NCBI GenBank assembly: GCA_963845565.1
Contig: CAWJSJ010000005.1
Coordinates: 352,001-416,000, forward strand
Source: an uncultured Methylomirabilota bacterium
Lineage (GTDB): Bacteria > Methylomirabilota > Methylomirabilia > Methylomirabilales > 2-02-FULL-66-22
Length of the DNA: 64,000 nt
Reading direction: 5' to 3'
Shown: positions 19,426-29,002 of the stretch, piece by piece
Layout: each line of letters opens with the position of its first letter
Numbering within the stretch: the first letter of the stretch is position 1
Program-made: the position numbers and the translations under genes
The notes under the pieces: model-generated
The model's database searches: none
What the model was told of the DNA's origin: nothing
Seen by the model: only the letters and a program-made list of their open reading frames with translations

Positions 19426-20503
19426 GTCGCGCGACGGGAGCTACGCCTTCTTCCAGAAGGGCGTCACCCTGATGGCCGACGCCATGCGCGGTCCGAGCCC
19501 ACGGATTCCCGTCTATGCGCAGATGCACGAATTCGTGGCGGAGCAGTGTGGTATTCCCCGGCGCGAGTTCTTCCGGCGACCGGAGCTTCTGGTGGCGGCG
19601 ACGCTGGACGTTCAGGCGAGGTTTGGCCTGGATGTCCCCGCCATCACGTACGACGTCTACAACATCGAGGCCGAGGCGCTGGGACAAGGCATTCGGTGGA
19701 GCGACACGGGCATGCCGGACATCGACCGGGATGCCCCCCTGGTGCGTGACCGGGCCGACCTGTCGCGCATCCGGACACCCCGGTTCGACTCTGTCGACGC
19801 CTGCGGACGGGTCCTCGCCATGCACGCCGCGTTCCGGCGGCTCACGGGCATCGAGCCGGGGTTGAGCTTCTGCGCCCCGTTCACGCTGGCCACCAATCTG
19901 CGCGGCATCGAGCAATTCCTGCTGGACATCTACACCGACCCGGATTTCGCCCGGGACCTCTTGACGCGGATCACCGAGGAGGTGCTGGCCCCCTGGATAC
20001 TCTACCAGCAGCGCCATTTTCCGGAGAGCGCCCGATTCAATGGTGTGGATGCCACCGCGTCGCCGCCGATCGTCAGCCCGGCCGTTCTCCGGGACTGGGT
20101 GGTGCCGTCGATTCTTCGGCTGCGCACGCTGTGCGGCCCGGGCGTGTTCGTGGCGAACTGGGTGGGTGAGCAACTGATCGAGCGGCCCGAGGAGATGCTG
20201 GACCTCAAGCTGCTGGTGGGACCGGGGTCGCTCCTGGGCCAGGACCCGGACGTCGAGGCGCTGGGCCCGGAGCTCTACAAGGCGTACGCGGTCCGCCACG
20301 ACGTGCCGCTGGTTCTGGGGGTCGGTGCGGGGTTTCTTGCGGGTGCGCGTCCCGAGGCGGTCGCCGAGCGGGTGCGACGCTACGTCGAGGTGGGGGCGCG
20401 GGGCGGGCGGTTCGCCCTGTACCTCTGCAACCTGGGGGCGAGCACCCCGCCGGAGAATCTCCGCGCGGCCGTGGCGGCGGCGCACGCCGTCGCCACGGCC
20501 TGA
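19418..20503 (+). CDS. Uroporphyrinogen decarboxylase / MtaA-type methyltransferase family protein
   Basis: RIPVYAQ, DVYNIEAEALG, APFTLATNLRG.EQFLLD, TPPENL; GTG start overlaps the gpsA stop (alternative ATG at 19472). Confidence 0.75.
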   Translation: MSESRDGSYAFFQKGVTLMADAMRGPSPRIPVYAQMHEFVAEQCGIPRREFFRRPELLVAATLDVQARFGLDVPAITYDVYNIEAEALGQGIRWSDTGMPDIDRDAPLVRDRADLSRIRTPRFDSVDACGRVLAMHAAFRRLTGIEPGLSFCAPFTLATNLRGIEQFLLDIYTDPDFARDLLTRITEEVLAPWILYQQRHFPESARFNGVDATASPPIVSPAVLRDWVVPSILRLRTLCGPGVFVANWVGEQLIERPEEMLDLKLLVGPGSLLGQDPDVEALGPELYKAYAVRHDVPLVLGVGAGFLAGARPEAVAERVRRYVEVGARGGRFALYLCNLGASTPPENLRAAVAAAHAVATA

Positions 20504-20525
20504 TCCAAGGAGGCCCGTCCCTCAT

Positions 20526-21227
20526 CTACACATGGGTGAGGTGATCGTCGTCTCCGTCCCGTTTGCGGATACGACTCTCCAAAATTTCTCGGGCTAGATC
20601 CTTGCCGCCCAGGCCGAAGGCCAGCGCCAATGCGAGCACCGTCCCGGCGAAAGCGATGCCGAACGTCAGGAGCACCATCTCGCGCGCGATGCCGAGTTGC
20701 GTGAGGGCCGCGGCGCCGGCAAAGACGAGGACCAGCCAGCGGACCGCCCCGGCGATGAGCGGGGCCAAGGCCACCTGGGCGTTCACCGCGGCAATCAAGA
20801 CCGCCTGGGCCATGAAATTCGCCAGAAGCCATCCCACCATCCAGACCAGGCCGGCGATGACAAGGTTCGGGAGAAAGCGAACCACGACGGCCACGAGGCC
20901 GGACGTGGCCGGCATCTCCAGCGCCTCTATGGCCATGAGGAGCGTGACGAAAAGGATCGTCCAGAAGGTCAGCCGGCCGACCAGTAACGACGGGGGCTGC
21001 TGGATGCCGCTCCGGGCCAAGCCGGCCGTCAGTCCCCAACGGGCGGAGCGGGCATCCGCGTTCAGCACGCGGCAGATGCGGACGACGAGACGACGGGCGA
21101 CCGCGGCCACGGCCCACCCCACCGCGATCAGGGTAAGCACCGCCAGCAGGCGGGGCGCCGCGTGGCTCAACCGGTCCATCACCTCTCGAAACGAGGTTAC
21201 CAGGACGTCGCTCCAAGGGTCTCGCAT
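20526..21227 (-). CDS. MscS-associated TM-helix (CmpX-like) membrane protein
   Basis: Repeated P.L...L..GW..A helices; C-terminal ALALAFGLGGKDLA; no cytoplasmic MscS cage. Confidence 0.8.
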   Translation of the reverse strand: MRDPWSDVLVTSFREVMDRLSHAAPRLLAVLTLIAVGWAVAAVARRLVVRICRVLNADARSARWGLTAGLARSGIQQPPSLLVGRLTFWTILFVTLLMAIEALEMPATSGLVAVVVRFLPNLVIAGLVWMVGWLLANFMAQAVLIAAVNAQVALAPLIAGAVRWLVLVFAGAAALTQLGIAREMVLLTFGIAFAGTVLALALAFGLGGKDLAREILESRIRKRDGDDDHLTHV

Positions 21228-21231
21228 GTCT

Positions 21232-22479
21232 CTACCTCCATCGGGCGGCCAGTCCCGCCTTCTCGACTTCGAAGGCTCTGCCGACGCCTTCCAGGACCGC
21301 CGGGAAGCGGGCGGACGTCCCGGCCTGCGTCTCGCGCAGGAAGGCCGCCACCCGGCCGAGATATAGCGGGGTCAAGGCCCGCAGCAGATGATCCCGCGGC
21401 AGCCGCTGCTCGTGGTAAGCCACGGCGAAATCGAACGCCACGCGGGCCCAGTGTTCCGCGGGAAAAATGAACTCGTCTGGGAACAGCAGGCCCAGCGGGT
21501 AGAGCGAGGCCAGCGTCTCTTCCTGGAGTGCCTGCTCCCAGACCGGCAACAGATCCTTGAGCCCCAGCTTGAACGCGCGGACCATCCGGTCCAGGTGGAC
21601 CTCGCCGGTTTCCGGCAGGATAGTGGGCGGATCCCCAATCCGCGGAACGGAGGTGCTCGCGCCGCTCTCCGACCAGGCCGCGCGGTACCGGTCCATCAGG
21701 TGGAAGAAGGGGCCCACCGTATGGGCGATCGTGGTGGCCAAGTCGGGCGGCGCCAAACCGGCGTCCAGCGCCTTCCGCCCCTGATGTACCTCTACGATCC
21801 GGTTCCCGGAGGTGATGGCATCGATCGCCAACCGGATCTCCAGGCCATGGCCGGTCAGGTCGCTATCCCGGGCCTCGGTCTCGAGGAGTCGCGTCACGAC
21901 CTGCCCCGAGAGCGCCGCACACCCCCCAAGGAGCTGCTGGATCCGTCGGCCGTACAGTGCCCGGCACATGGGGGCGAGCAGGTTCGTGGTGAGGGTTCCC
22001 TCCGCGGCCGTGTGCGTGTACGCCGGACTCACGCAGTCCGCCTCCCCGGCAAGGATCGGTTGCACGAGCCGCCCGAGTCCTTCGGGCGTCAGGCTGACCA
22101 GGCCGGCATCCACCAGGGCGCAGACCGCGGGGCCGAGACGGTGCGCGACAGTCAGCGCGCCGATGATGGCCCGCGAGCGGCTGGGCGGTCCGGCGATCCG
22201 GACGCAGCACACCGGCGGACCGGGGACGCGGGAAGCCACCCAGCGCGTGACGGCGTCCACTGTCTCGTCCCGAAATCCAGCCTCGACGACGACGATGCCG
22301 CACTTCCGATCTGCGAGCGGGGCGGCCAGTCCTGCCGCTGCCGCCTCGACGACGCGAACCGCGCTGCGGGCTTGGTTCAGGGCGCACACCCCCACCAGAA
22401 CCTCTACCGGCCCGAGCGAGTCCACGGTGTGGAGATCGCCGTCGTTCAGGAGATGTGCCGCCCCGATCGGCTCCGTCAT
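21232..22479 (-). CDS. GT2/GT-A glycosyltransferase-like protein (glucosylglycerate-synthase-like) with degenerate motifs
   Basis: GTLTTNLLAPMCRALYGRRIQQLLGG, WARVAFDFA, LTPLYLGRVA; the DXD position reads VDAGL. Confidence 0.75.
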   Translation of the reverse strand: MTEPIGAAHLLNDGDLHTVDSLGPVEVLVGVCALNQARSAVRVVEAAAAGLAAPLADRKCGIVVVEAGFRDETVDAVTRWVASRVPGPPVCCVRIAGPPSRSRAIIGALTVAHRLGPAVCALVDAGLVSLTPEGLGRLVQPILAGEADCVSPAYTHTAAEGTLTTNLLAPMCRALYGRRIQQLLGGCAALSGQVVTRLLETEARDSDLTGHGLEIRLAIDAITSGNRIVEVHQGRKALDAGLAPPDLATTIAHTVGPFFHLMDRYRAAWSESGASTSVPRIGDPPTILPETGEVHLDRMVRAFKLGLKDLLPVWEQALQEETLASLYPLGLLFPDEFIFPAEHWARVAFDFAVAYHEQRLPRDHLLRALTPLYLGRVAAFLRETQAGTSARFPAVLEGVGRAFEVEKAGLAARWR

Positions 22480-22494
22480 CCGGGCATCCTTTGG

Positions 22495-23703
22495 CTATCC
22501 CGTGAGGTTGGCCAGCAGGGCAAGGTAATCGCCCAGGTGTCGCGTGATGAGGAAGTTTCGGCGGACGTATTCTCGGGCGGCGCCCCCGAGCCGGGCCATG
22601 AGGTCCGGGTTGTCCAGCAGTTGACGGATCCGAAAGGCTGCTCCCTCCACCGAGTTGACCGTGTACCCGGTGACCTCGAAGATCACCTGCACCGGGATGC
22701 CTCCGGCGAAACTCCCGATGACGGGCTTTCCCTTCCACATGGCCTCGGCCACGCCCAGACCGAAATCTTCCGTGAGGGGCTTGTGCAACACGATAGCGGC
22801 GGCGCGCTGGAGGACGTTGATCTCCCGCGCTGCGTCCGGTGGCAGGACGAGGGGGTGGATGTCCGCGTCCCCGGCGGCGGCCTGGCGCACCTCGGCCATG
22901 ACCGCCGTGCCCTCCGGGTTGTCGGAGGCCACGCCGCCCGCCAGGACCAGCCGACAAGCCACGTACTTCTTGGCCAGCCGGTAGGCCTGAATCACGCCCA
23001 GGTGGTCCGCAGACGCAATATACGGGGCGACCTGGAGGAGGATGGGTTTGTCCCGGGGGATCCCCAGCCGATCCAGGCCCTGCTGGACCTCGGCCCGGCT
23101 CAGGTCGCGATTCTTTTCGCTGAGAGGGTCGACGGAGGGATGGATGATCAGGGCCGGAACGGGCACCCGCTGGGCAAATTTCGGAAGGGAGAAGACTGTC
23201 GCGTCGTAACGCCCGACGTCGCGCCGCAGGAGGTGCCAGATGCGCCGAGAGGCCCGGGACAGGTCGGTGTGACAGCGCCACACCCAGCGCCCCCGGTCCC
23301 GCCGGTGACGAACCAGCGGAAGCGGCGCGAGATCGTGGATCATGACGAGGTCGGCATCCAGGGGGAGCGTGGGCCAATTCGCCGCCGCCGTCCCCTCGTA
23401 CGACCGGAGCATGCTGTCGGTGATGTGGTGCTCCCGGCCCGCGGCCGCCAACTCCAGCGCGCGGATTGCCGCGTAGAACTCCGGGTCGCCGACGATGACC
23501 TCCCACGCCGAATCGATTCCCATGTCCTGCATCATGGGCACGAGCCGGTTCAGGATTTCCGGCGACCCACCGCCATAGCGGCCGGCATTCACATGGACGA
23601 ACCGTCGCCCCCGCAGCCGCTCGGCGAGACGGGCGAGCAGTTCCAGCGTCCCCTGTGGCGCCACCTCGCGATAGGCTTCCAGTTGGGCCGGTATCATCGT
23701 CAT
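22495..23703 (-). CDS. TreT-like GT4 trehalose synthase homologue with degenerate motifs
   Basis: HVN..YGGG.PEIL, IHD, WRCHTDLS, PSVDPLSEKN, EAMWKGKPV, NFLITRHL; ATG overlaps the upstream stop. Confidence 0.85.
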   Translation of the reverse strand: MTMIPAQLEAYREVAPQGTLELLARLAERLRGRRFVHVNAGRYGGGSPEILNRLVPMMQDMGIDSAWEVIVGDPEFYAAIRALELAAAGREHHITDSMLRSYEGTAAANWPTLPLDADLVMIHDLAPLPLVRHRRDRGRWVWRCHTDLSRASRRIWHLLRRDVGRYDATVFSLPKFAQRVPVPALIIHPSVDPLSEKNRDLSRAEVQQGLDRLGIPRDKPILLQVAPYIASADHLGVIQAYRLAKKYVACRLVLAGGVASDNPEGTAVMAEVRQAAAGDADIHPLVLPPDAAREINVLQRAAAIVLHKPLTEDFGLGVAEAMWKGKPVIGSFAGGIPVQVIFEVTGYTVNSVEGAAFRIRQLLDNPDLMARLGGAAREYVRRNFLITRHLGDYLALLANLTG

Positions 23704-25937
23704 GTCCCCGCCGCCAACGCTTCGTCGCACAACTGGATGAGCCGGGTCCGGGCGCGCTCCAGGCTGCCGGCGTACGGATCAACGGCCCGCACCTTGGCCG
23801 CCAGCGGTGGAAGGCCCAGCCCGTGCTCCAGCCAGGCGGCGAAATCGTTCTGTCCTCGGCCGAGCCGCATCCGCGCCTCGACCAGGTGGAAGTAGATGGC
23901 GCTCACGTCCACGTCCAGCAAGGCGCTCCGCAGCTCCTCCAGCGTTCGGACCTCGGTTCCCGTGGGAACCTCTACGATGCGGGACTGGATGAACTCGAAT
24001 GGTTCGCCTAGGAGCGCGGCGGGAACGACCTGGAGGCCGCGCAGGTGATCGTCGATGACCGACACGAGCTCCTCGCGCAGCGCCTGGAGGTTCGGGAAGT
24101 GCGCGGGGTCCACCATGGCCAGGCGTTCGCCGAGCACCCGATCCCGGACCTGGACGGCTGCCCAGGTCGCAAAGTCGTTGGGATAGGCGCCCGCGACGAA
24201 TTTGTGCCGGAGAAAGAAGCCGTGGGTGTGGTAGTAGATTGAGTCCAGGGACACCTCGTCGATGAGATCGGCGAGCTGGCGTTCGTTCTCGGCGCGCACT
24301 CCCACGAACTCCCGAAGCTCCAGGCAAGCCACGAAGCCGAAGGGTCCCGCCCCGAGGCGAAGGGACGCGGGCGCCGGCCTGGGCGTGACCCTCCCGGCCC
24401 GTCGCAAGCCCTCCAAGGGGATGCGGACCCAGGTCGGCCGGTGGTCGAGCTCGTATTGCAGCTCGTAGACCGTTTTGTCGAGGACGAAGGCGCGCAAGGC
24501 GGCGTCCAGGCGGTCGCGGTCGGCCGGGAGGAAGCGGGCTCCACGCTGCAAGGTCTCGGCGAGGTAGCCCTCGAGAAACGCCGCCTGGACCCCCTGCTCC
24601 CATCGCTCCGCCCACGGGACAAGTCGGTCCCGCTCCCCAGGCGTCTCCATGGTCGCCGCCGCGAGACCGCTCTCGGCGGCGTAGGCAAAGGAGCGGAGCA
24701 TCCCGGCCACGTCCTTCAGGGCGCAGTGTTTGGCGCGGCGCTCCGCGAGGGGCCGGGTCGGCTCCCCTTCGAAATCCAGGATGACAAAGCCGTCGCCGGC
24801 CTTGAGCACCTGCCCCAGGTGGTAGTCCCCGTGGATGCGGATCTTCGTGACCGACTCCGCGCCTAGGGCGTCCAGGGTCGTCAGGCTTTCCCGCAGGCGG
24901 GCCGCGGACTCGAGGGTTTGGTGCGCCAGGTCGCGGACGGTGGGGGGCAGGGTCTCGTGGACAGAGGCCAGCGTCTGCATGACGCGGTCGAGGTACGCCT
25001 GCATCCCTTCCCGCCAGACTGCGACCTCGGCGCCGCTCACCACTTCGGGAGCAAACGCGGGCTCGGTGGCGGAGGCCAGGGCCATGTGAAGCTGCCCGGT
25101 CAGTGCACCCAGCCGACGCGCTTCTTCGGCGTCGGCGTCCGCCAGCGTCCGCGCGAAGGCCTCGCTGCCCGTTCCCTCGGCCTCTAGGCCCTCCTGCGCG
25201 GCGGCGAAGTAATCGGCCAGCCGGCCCAGGGTGGCCGTCCACGCGTCGCCTTGATTCGGAACGAACTCCTGAACGACGCCCAGCGTAATTGGCGTCTCCC
25301 TGTCGCGCTCGTAGGCGATCGAGCCAACCAGCCTAGGGATCCCGCGGAAGGCCGTTCCCCGGGTGAGGTAGTCGGCGATCTCGAAGTCCGGATTCGCGCC
25401 GCTCTCGAGTTTCCGGAACAGCTTCAGGACGGCCCGGGCGTCGTAGACGACGGAGGTGTTGCTCTGTTCGGCCGCCACGCGGGAGACGGCCTCCGGCGCG
25501 CCGGGCGCGATCTCCGTCAGGAGGGCCGTCGGTGTAAAGTGGAACACCCCCCGCCGACCCGCCAAGGAGGTTTGCGCCCGAAGGTGCCCGAGCAGGGCGC
25601 GGCAGAATTCCGGATCCTCCATGGCGTCTCGGATCTCGCCTTTGCCGGAGGCAGGGAGGACCGGGACATTGTAGGTCTCTCGCCCCCCATCGGTGTAGGT
25701 GACCTCGAAGATGGCGAGAATGCCGCGGGTTTCCGGAACGGTCGTCACATCCAGGGGAACGACCCCGGCGACGTTCCGGGTCTTGCTTCCGAACCAGCGC
25801 CGGGTCGGAAGCCAGGCCGGGAGGGCCGCTGCCGCACGGGCGGTGAGCTCCTCCGGAGGCAATGCCTTGCGGGGTGCCCGGCGGGTTACCACGCGCCCTG
25901 GGGGTCTCGACGGGGAGGATCGTGTCTTGCCGGCCAT
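23700..25937 (-). CDS. Maltokinase (Mak/Pep2) fused to a C-terminal DUF5752-like domain
   Basis: RWFGSK, AEQSNTS, RIHGDYHLGQVL, DFEGEP, DVAGMLRSF; the last ~215 aa are a duplicated PF.F..SIYYH..NDFA.W unit. Confidence 0.88.
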   Translation of the reverse strand: MAGKTRSSPSRPPGRVVTRRAPRKALPPEELTARAAAALPAWLPTRRWFGSKTRNVAGVVPLDVTTVPETRGILAIFEVTYTDGGRETYNVPVLPASGKGEIRDAMEDPEFCRALLGHLRAQTSLAGRRGVFHFTPTALLTEIAPGAPEAVSRVAAEQSNTSVVYDARAVLKLFRKLESGANPDFEIADYLTRGTAFRGIPRLVGSIAYERDRETPITLGVVQEFVPNQGDAWTATLGRLADYFAAAQEGLEAEGTGSEAFARTLADADAEEARRLGALTGQLHMALASATEPAFAPEVVSGAEVAVWREGMQAYLDRVMQTLASVHETLPPTVRDLAHQTLESAARLRESLTTLDALGAESVTKIRIHGDYHLGQVLKAGDGFVILDFEGEPTRPLAERRAKHCALKDVAGMLRSFAYAAESGLAAATMETPGERDRLVPWAERWEQGVQAAFLEGYLAETLQRGARFLPADRDRLDAALRAFVLDKTVYELQYELDHRPTWVRIPLEGLRRAGRVTPRPAPASLRLGAGPFGFVACLELREFVGVRAENERQLADLIDEVSLDSIYYHTHGFFLRHKFVAGAYPNDFATWAAVQVRDRVLGERLAMVDPAHFPNLQALREELVSVIDDHLRGLQVVPAALLGEPFEFIQSRIVEVPTGTEVRTLEELRSALLDVDVSAIYFHLVEARMRLGRGQNDFAAWLEHGLGLPPLAAKVRAVDPYAGSLERARTRLIQLCDEALAAGT

Positions 25938-27202
25938 CACGCGCCTCCGGGATGGTGTGTCGGCCTGTCACCCTGCAGCAGGGTTTTGTAGAGGCCGAGC
26001 GTTGCCTCGGCCACCGCGCGCCAGCTGAATCGGTCCTCGACCCGGCGCCGCCCGCTGGCGCCCATGCGCCGGCGGAGCGCGGGATCCGCGAGGAGGGCGT
26101 TGATGGATCGCGCGAGATCGCGAGCGAATTCATCGGGCCGCACGGGCTCGAACGGAGGCTCGGCTTGCTTCGCCACAGGGACCAGGAACCCGGTCTCTCC
26201 GTGCACCACGACCTCCGGGATCCCGCCGACCGCGCTGGCGACCACCGGGGTCCGGCAGGCCATGGCCTCCAGGTTGATGATGCCGAACGGCTCGTAGATC
26301 GAGGGGCAACAGAACACCGACGCCTGCGAATAGAGCTGGATGGCTGTCGGCCGGTCCACCATCTCTCGGATCCAGATGACCCGGTCCCGCACCTCCTGGA
26401 CACGGTCCAGCGCGGCCTGCACCTCGCGCGCGATCTCCTCACTGTCCGGACTGGTGGCGCAGAGGACCACCTGGGCGTGGGGATCGAGGTGCGGGACGGC
26501 GGCGAGCAGGTGCAGGATCCCTTTCTGACGCGAGATGCGACCCAGGAAGAGGACCGTGGGTCGCGCGAGATCGATACCGAACCGCGCAAGGCGGTCGCGG
26601 GCCTCCACCCGGTTGTACTCGTCGGGGTCGATCCCGTTGTGGATGATCGCGACTCGTTCGGCGGAGACCCGGAAATGCCGCAGAATGTCCGCCTTCATCT
26701 CCTGGGAGACCGCGATGACGGCGTCCGCCGCCTCCAGGGCCGTCCGCTCGACCCAGGCCGACAAATCCGCTGCCCGGCCCAATTGCTCCCGCTTCCACGG
26801 CCGGAGGGGCTCCAGCGAGTGCGCGGTAATCACCAAGGGAATTCCGTACAAGAGCTTGGCCAGCAGCCCGCCGAAGTGGGCGTACCAGGTGTGGCAGTGG
26901 ACGACGTCGGCCTGGATTACACGGGCGGCGAAGCCGATGCCCACGCGGAGGGCCTGCAGGGCAAGGAGGAACTTCTCGGGAACGTCCTCCGACCCGCCCT
27001 GGGCGAACCGGAACCCGTGGACGTCCAGGTTCTTCTCGGAGAGATCCTGGTCGCCGAACGTCCGGACCTCGACCGGGATCAGCCTGGCCAGCTCCCGGGT
27101 GAGATAGTCGACGTGGACCCCGGCGCCCCCATACACCTCGGGGGGATACTCCCGGGTCAGGAACAGTGCCTTGATCTCAGATGGCTGTGGCTTCGATGCC
27201 AT
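25937..27202 (-). CDS. glgM: GT4 glycogen synthase of the actinobacterial type (alpha-maltose-1-phosphate synthase, GlgM)
   Basis: [62 protein letters not shown]. Confidence 0.88.
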   Translation of the reverse strand: MASKPQPSEIKALFLTREYPPEVYGGAGVHVDYLTRELARLIPVEVRTFGDQDLSEKNLDVHGFRFAQGGSEDVPEKFLLALQALRVGIGFAARVIQADVVHCHTWYAHFGGLLAKLLYGIPLVITAHSLEPLRPWKREQLGRAADLSAWVERTALEAADAVIAVSQEMKADILRHFRVSAERVAIIHNGIDPDEYNRVEARDRLARFGIDLARPTVLFLGRISRQKGILHLLAAVPHLDPHAQVVLCATSPDSEEIAREVQAALDRVQEVRDRVIWIREMVDRPTAIQLYSQASVFCCPSIYEPFGIINLEAMACRTPVVASAVGGIPEVVVHGETGFLVPVAKQAEPPFEPVRPDEFARDLARSINALLADPALRRRMGASGRRRVEDRFSWRAVAEATLGLYKTLLQGDRPTHHPGGA

Positions 27203-28847
27203 ACGTCTCCGTTTGAGCGTCCGACCGCTGCAATCGGAACCAGTAGTACCCGTACGGTCCCAGGCCCAGGACGTAGGGCTGGTCACCGATGGGGGGAAAG
27301 CGCGCCCCACCCAGCATCTCGACGGGGGTGGCGCCGCGGAAGTCCCGGAGATCCAGCTCCACCGGCTCCGAGGAGCCGGCCAGGTTGTGGACGGTGAGGA
27401 TGGTCTCCCCCTGATATTCTCGCACGTGCGCCAGGACACGGGTGTTGGCCGGCGGGAGGAATCTCAAGGTCCCCCTTCCGAAGACCCGGGATGACTTCCG
27501 AGCGGCAATCAACCGCCGCATCCAGAGCAGGAGGGAGGAGGGGGTGCGGAGTTGCGCCTCCACGTTGACGGCCTGGTAGCCATAGAGGGGATCCACGATC
27601 ACGGGACTGCACAACTGGCCCGGATCGGATCGAGAGAAGCCGGCATTCCGATCGGCGGACCACTGCATCGGCGTGCGAACGCCGTTGCGGTCCTTCAAGT
27701 GAATGTTGTCCCCCATGCCGATCTCGTCCCCATAGTAGATGATCGGGGTGCCGGGCAGGGTGAACAAGAGGCTGTGAAGCAGCTCGATTTTCCTCCGATC
27801 GTTCTCCAGCAGCGGAGCCAGGCGCCGACGGATCCCGATGTTCAGTTTCATCACGGGGTCCTGGGCGTAGGCGTAGTACATATAGTCCCGCTCCGGGTCC
27901 GTGCACATCTCCAGCGTCAGCTCGTCGTGGTTCCGGAGGAAGACGCACCATTGGCACGATTCCGGGATGGGCGGTGTGTGGAGGAACATGTCGGTGATCG
28001 GCCGCCGATCCGCGCTCCGCACGGCCATGAAGATCCGCGGCATGAGGGGGAAGTGAAACGCCATGTGGAACTCGTCCCCGTCGCCGAAGTACGGCCGCAC
28101 GTCCTTGGGCCACTGGTTGGCCTCGGCCAGGAGGATTCGGCCGCGGTACTCGACGTCCAGGGTGGCGCGCAAGCGCTTGAGAAAGGCATGGGTCTCGGGG
28201 AGGTTCTCGCCGTTCGTCCCGTCGCGCTCGAAGAGGTAGGGCACGGCGTCGCAGCGAAAGCCATCCAACCCCTTGTCCAGCCAGAACCGCATGGCGTCCA
28301 GGATGGCCTGTTGCACCTTGGGGTTGTCGTAGTTCAGATCCGGCTGGTGGCTGAAGAAGCGGTGCCAAAAGTACGCCTTGGCCTCGGGGTCCCACGTCCA
28401 GTTGGACTTCTCGGTGTCCACGAAGATGATGCGTGCTTCGGGGTAGCGCCGGTCCGTGTCGCTCCAGACGTAATAGTCCCGCTTGGGCGAGGTGGGATCG
28501 CGGCGGGCCTCCTGGAACCAGGGGTGCTGATCGGAGGTATGGTTCACCACCAGGTCGGTGATGACCTTGAGTCCGCGGCGGTGGGCCGCGTCCAGGAATT
28601 GCTGGAATTCGCCCATGGTTCCGTAAAGAGGAGAGACGGCATGGAAGTCGGCGATGTCGTACCCGTCGTCGCGGAGGGGCGACGGATAGAACGGGAGCAG
28701 CCACAAGCCGTCCACACCCAGATCCTGAATATAATCCAGCCGGTCCAGAAGGCCCCGGAAGTCGCCGATGCCGTCGTCGTTTCCGTCCTGGAAGGCCTTG
28801 ACGTGCAGCTCGTAGAAGATCGCGTCTTTGTACCAGAGATCGGTCAT
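27177..28847 (-). CDS. treS: Trehalose synthase (maltose alpha-D-glucosyltransferase), stand-alone form
   Basis: [48 protein letters not shown]. Confidence 0.96.
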   Translation of the reverse strand: MTDLWYKDAIFYELHVKAFQDGNDDGIGDFRGLLDRLDYIQDLGVDGLWLLPFYPSPLRDDGYDIADFHAVSPLYGTMGEFQQFLDAAHRRGLKVITDLVVNHTSDQHPWFQEARRDPTSPKRDYYVWSDTDRRYPEARIIFVDTEKSNWTWDPEAKAYFWHRFFSHQPDLNYDNPKVQQAILDAMRFWLDKGLDGFRCDAVPYLFERDGTNGENLPETHAFLKRLRATLDVEYRGRILLAEANQWPKDVRPYFGDGDEFHMAFHFPLMPRIFMAVRSADRRPITDMFLHTPPIPESCQWCVFLRNHDELTLEMCTDPERDYMYYAYAQDPVMKLNIGIRRRLAPLLENDRRKIELLHSLLFTLPGTPIIYYGDEIGMGDNIHLKDRNGVRTPMQWSADRNAGFSRSDPGQLCSPVIVDPLYGYQAVNVEAQLRTPSSLLLWMRRLIAARKSSRVFGRGTLRFLPPANTRVLAHVREYQGETILTVHNLAGSSEPVELDLRDFRGATPVEMLGGARFPPIGDQPYVLGLGPYGYYWFRLQRSDAQTETYGIEATAI

Positions 28848-29002
28848 GGTTGAGGTTCAACCTTCACGGTGTAATGTTCAAGGGTGACGGTCCAAGATCC
28901 GCAGGCCGACCTGCGGGTTCTGCCGTGCGACACGCAATGCCCTATGGCCACCGACCAATAGGCCGGCGCATGCGTATGCGCTCCGGCAGCGATCGTCCGT
29001 GT

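Noticed and set aside
28933..28950. sigma54 promoter upstream of treS (TGGCCATAGGCATTGC)
   Set aside because: GG to GC spacing is 11 nt rather than the required 10
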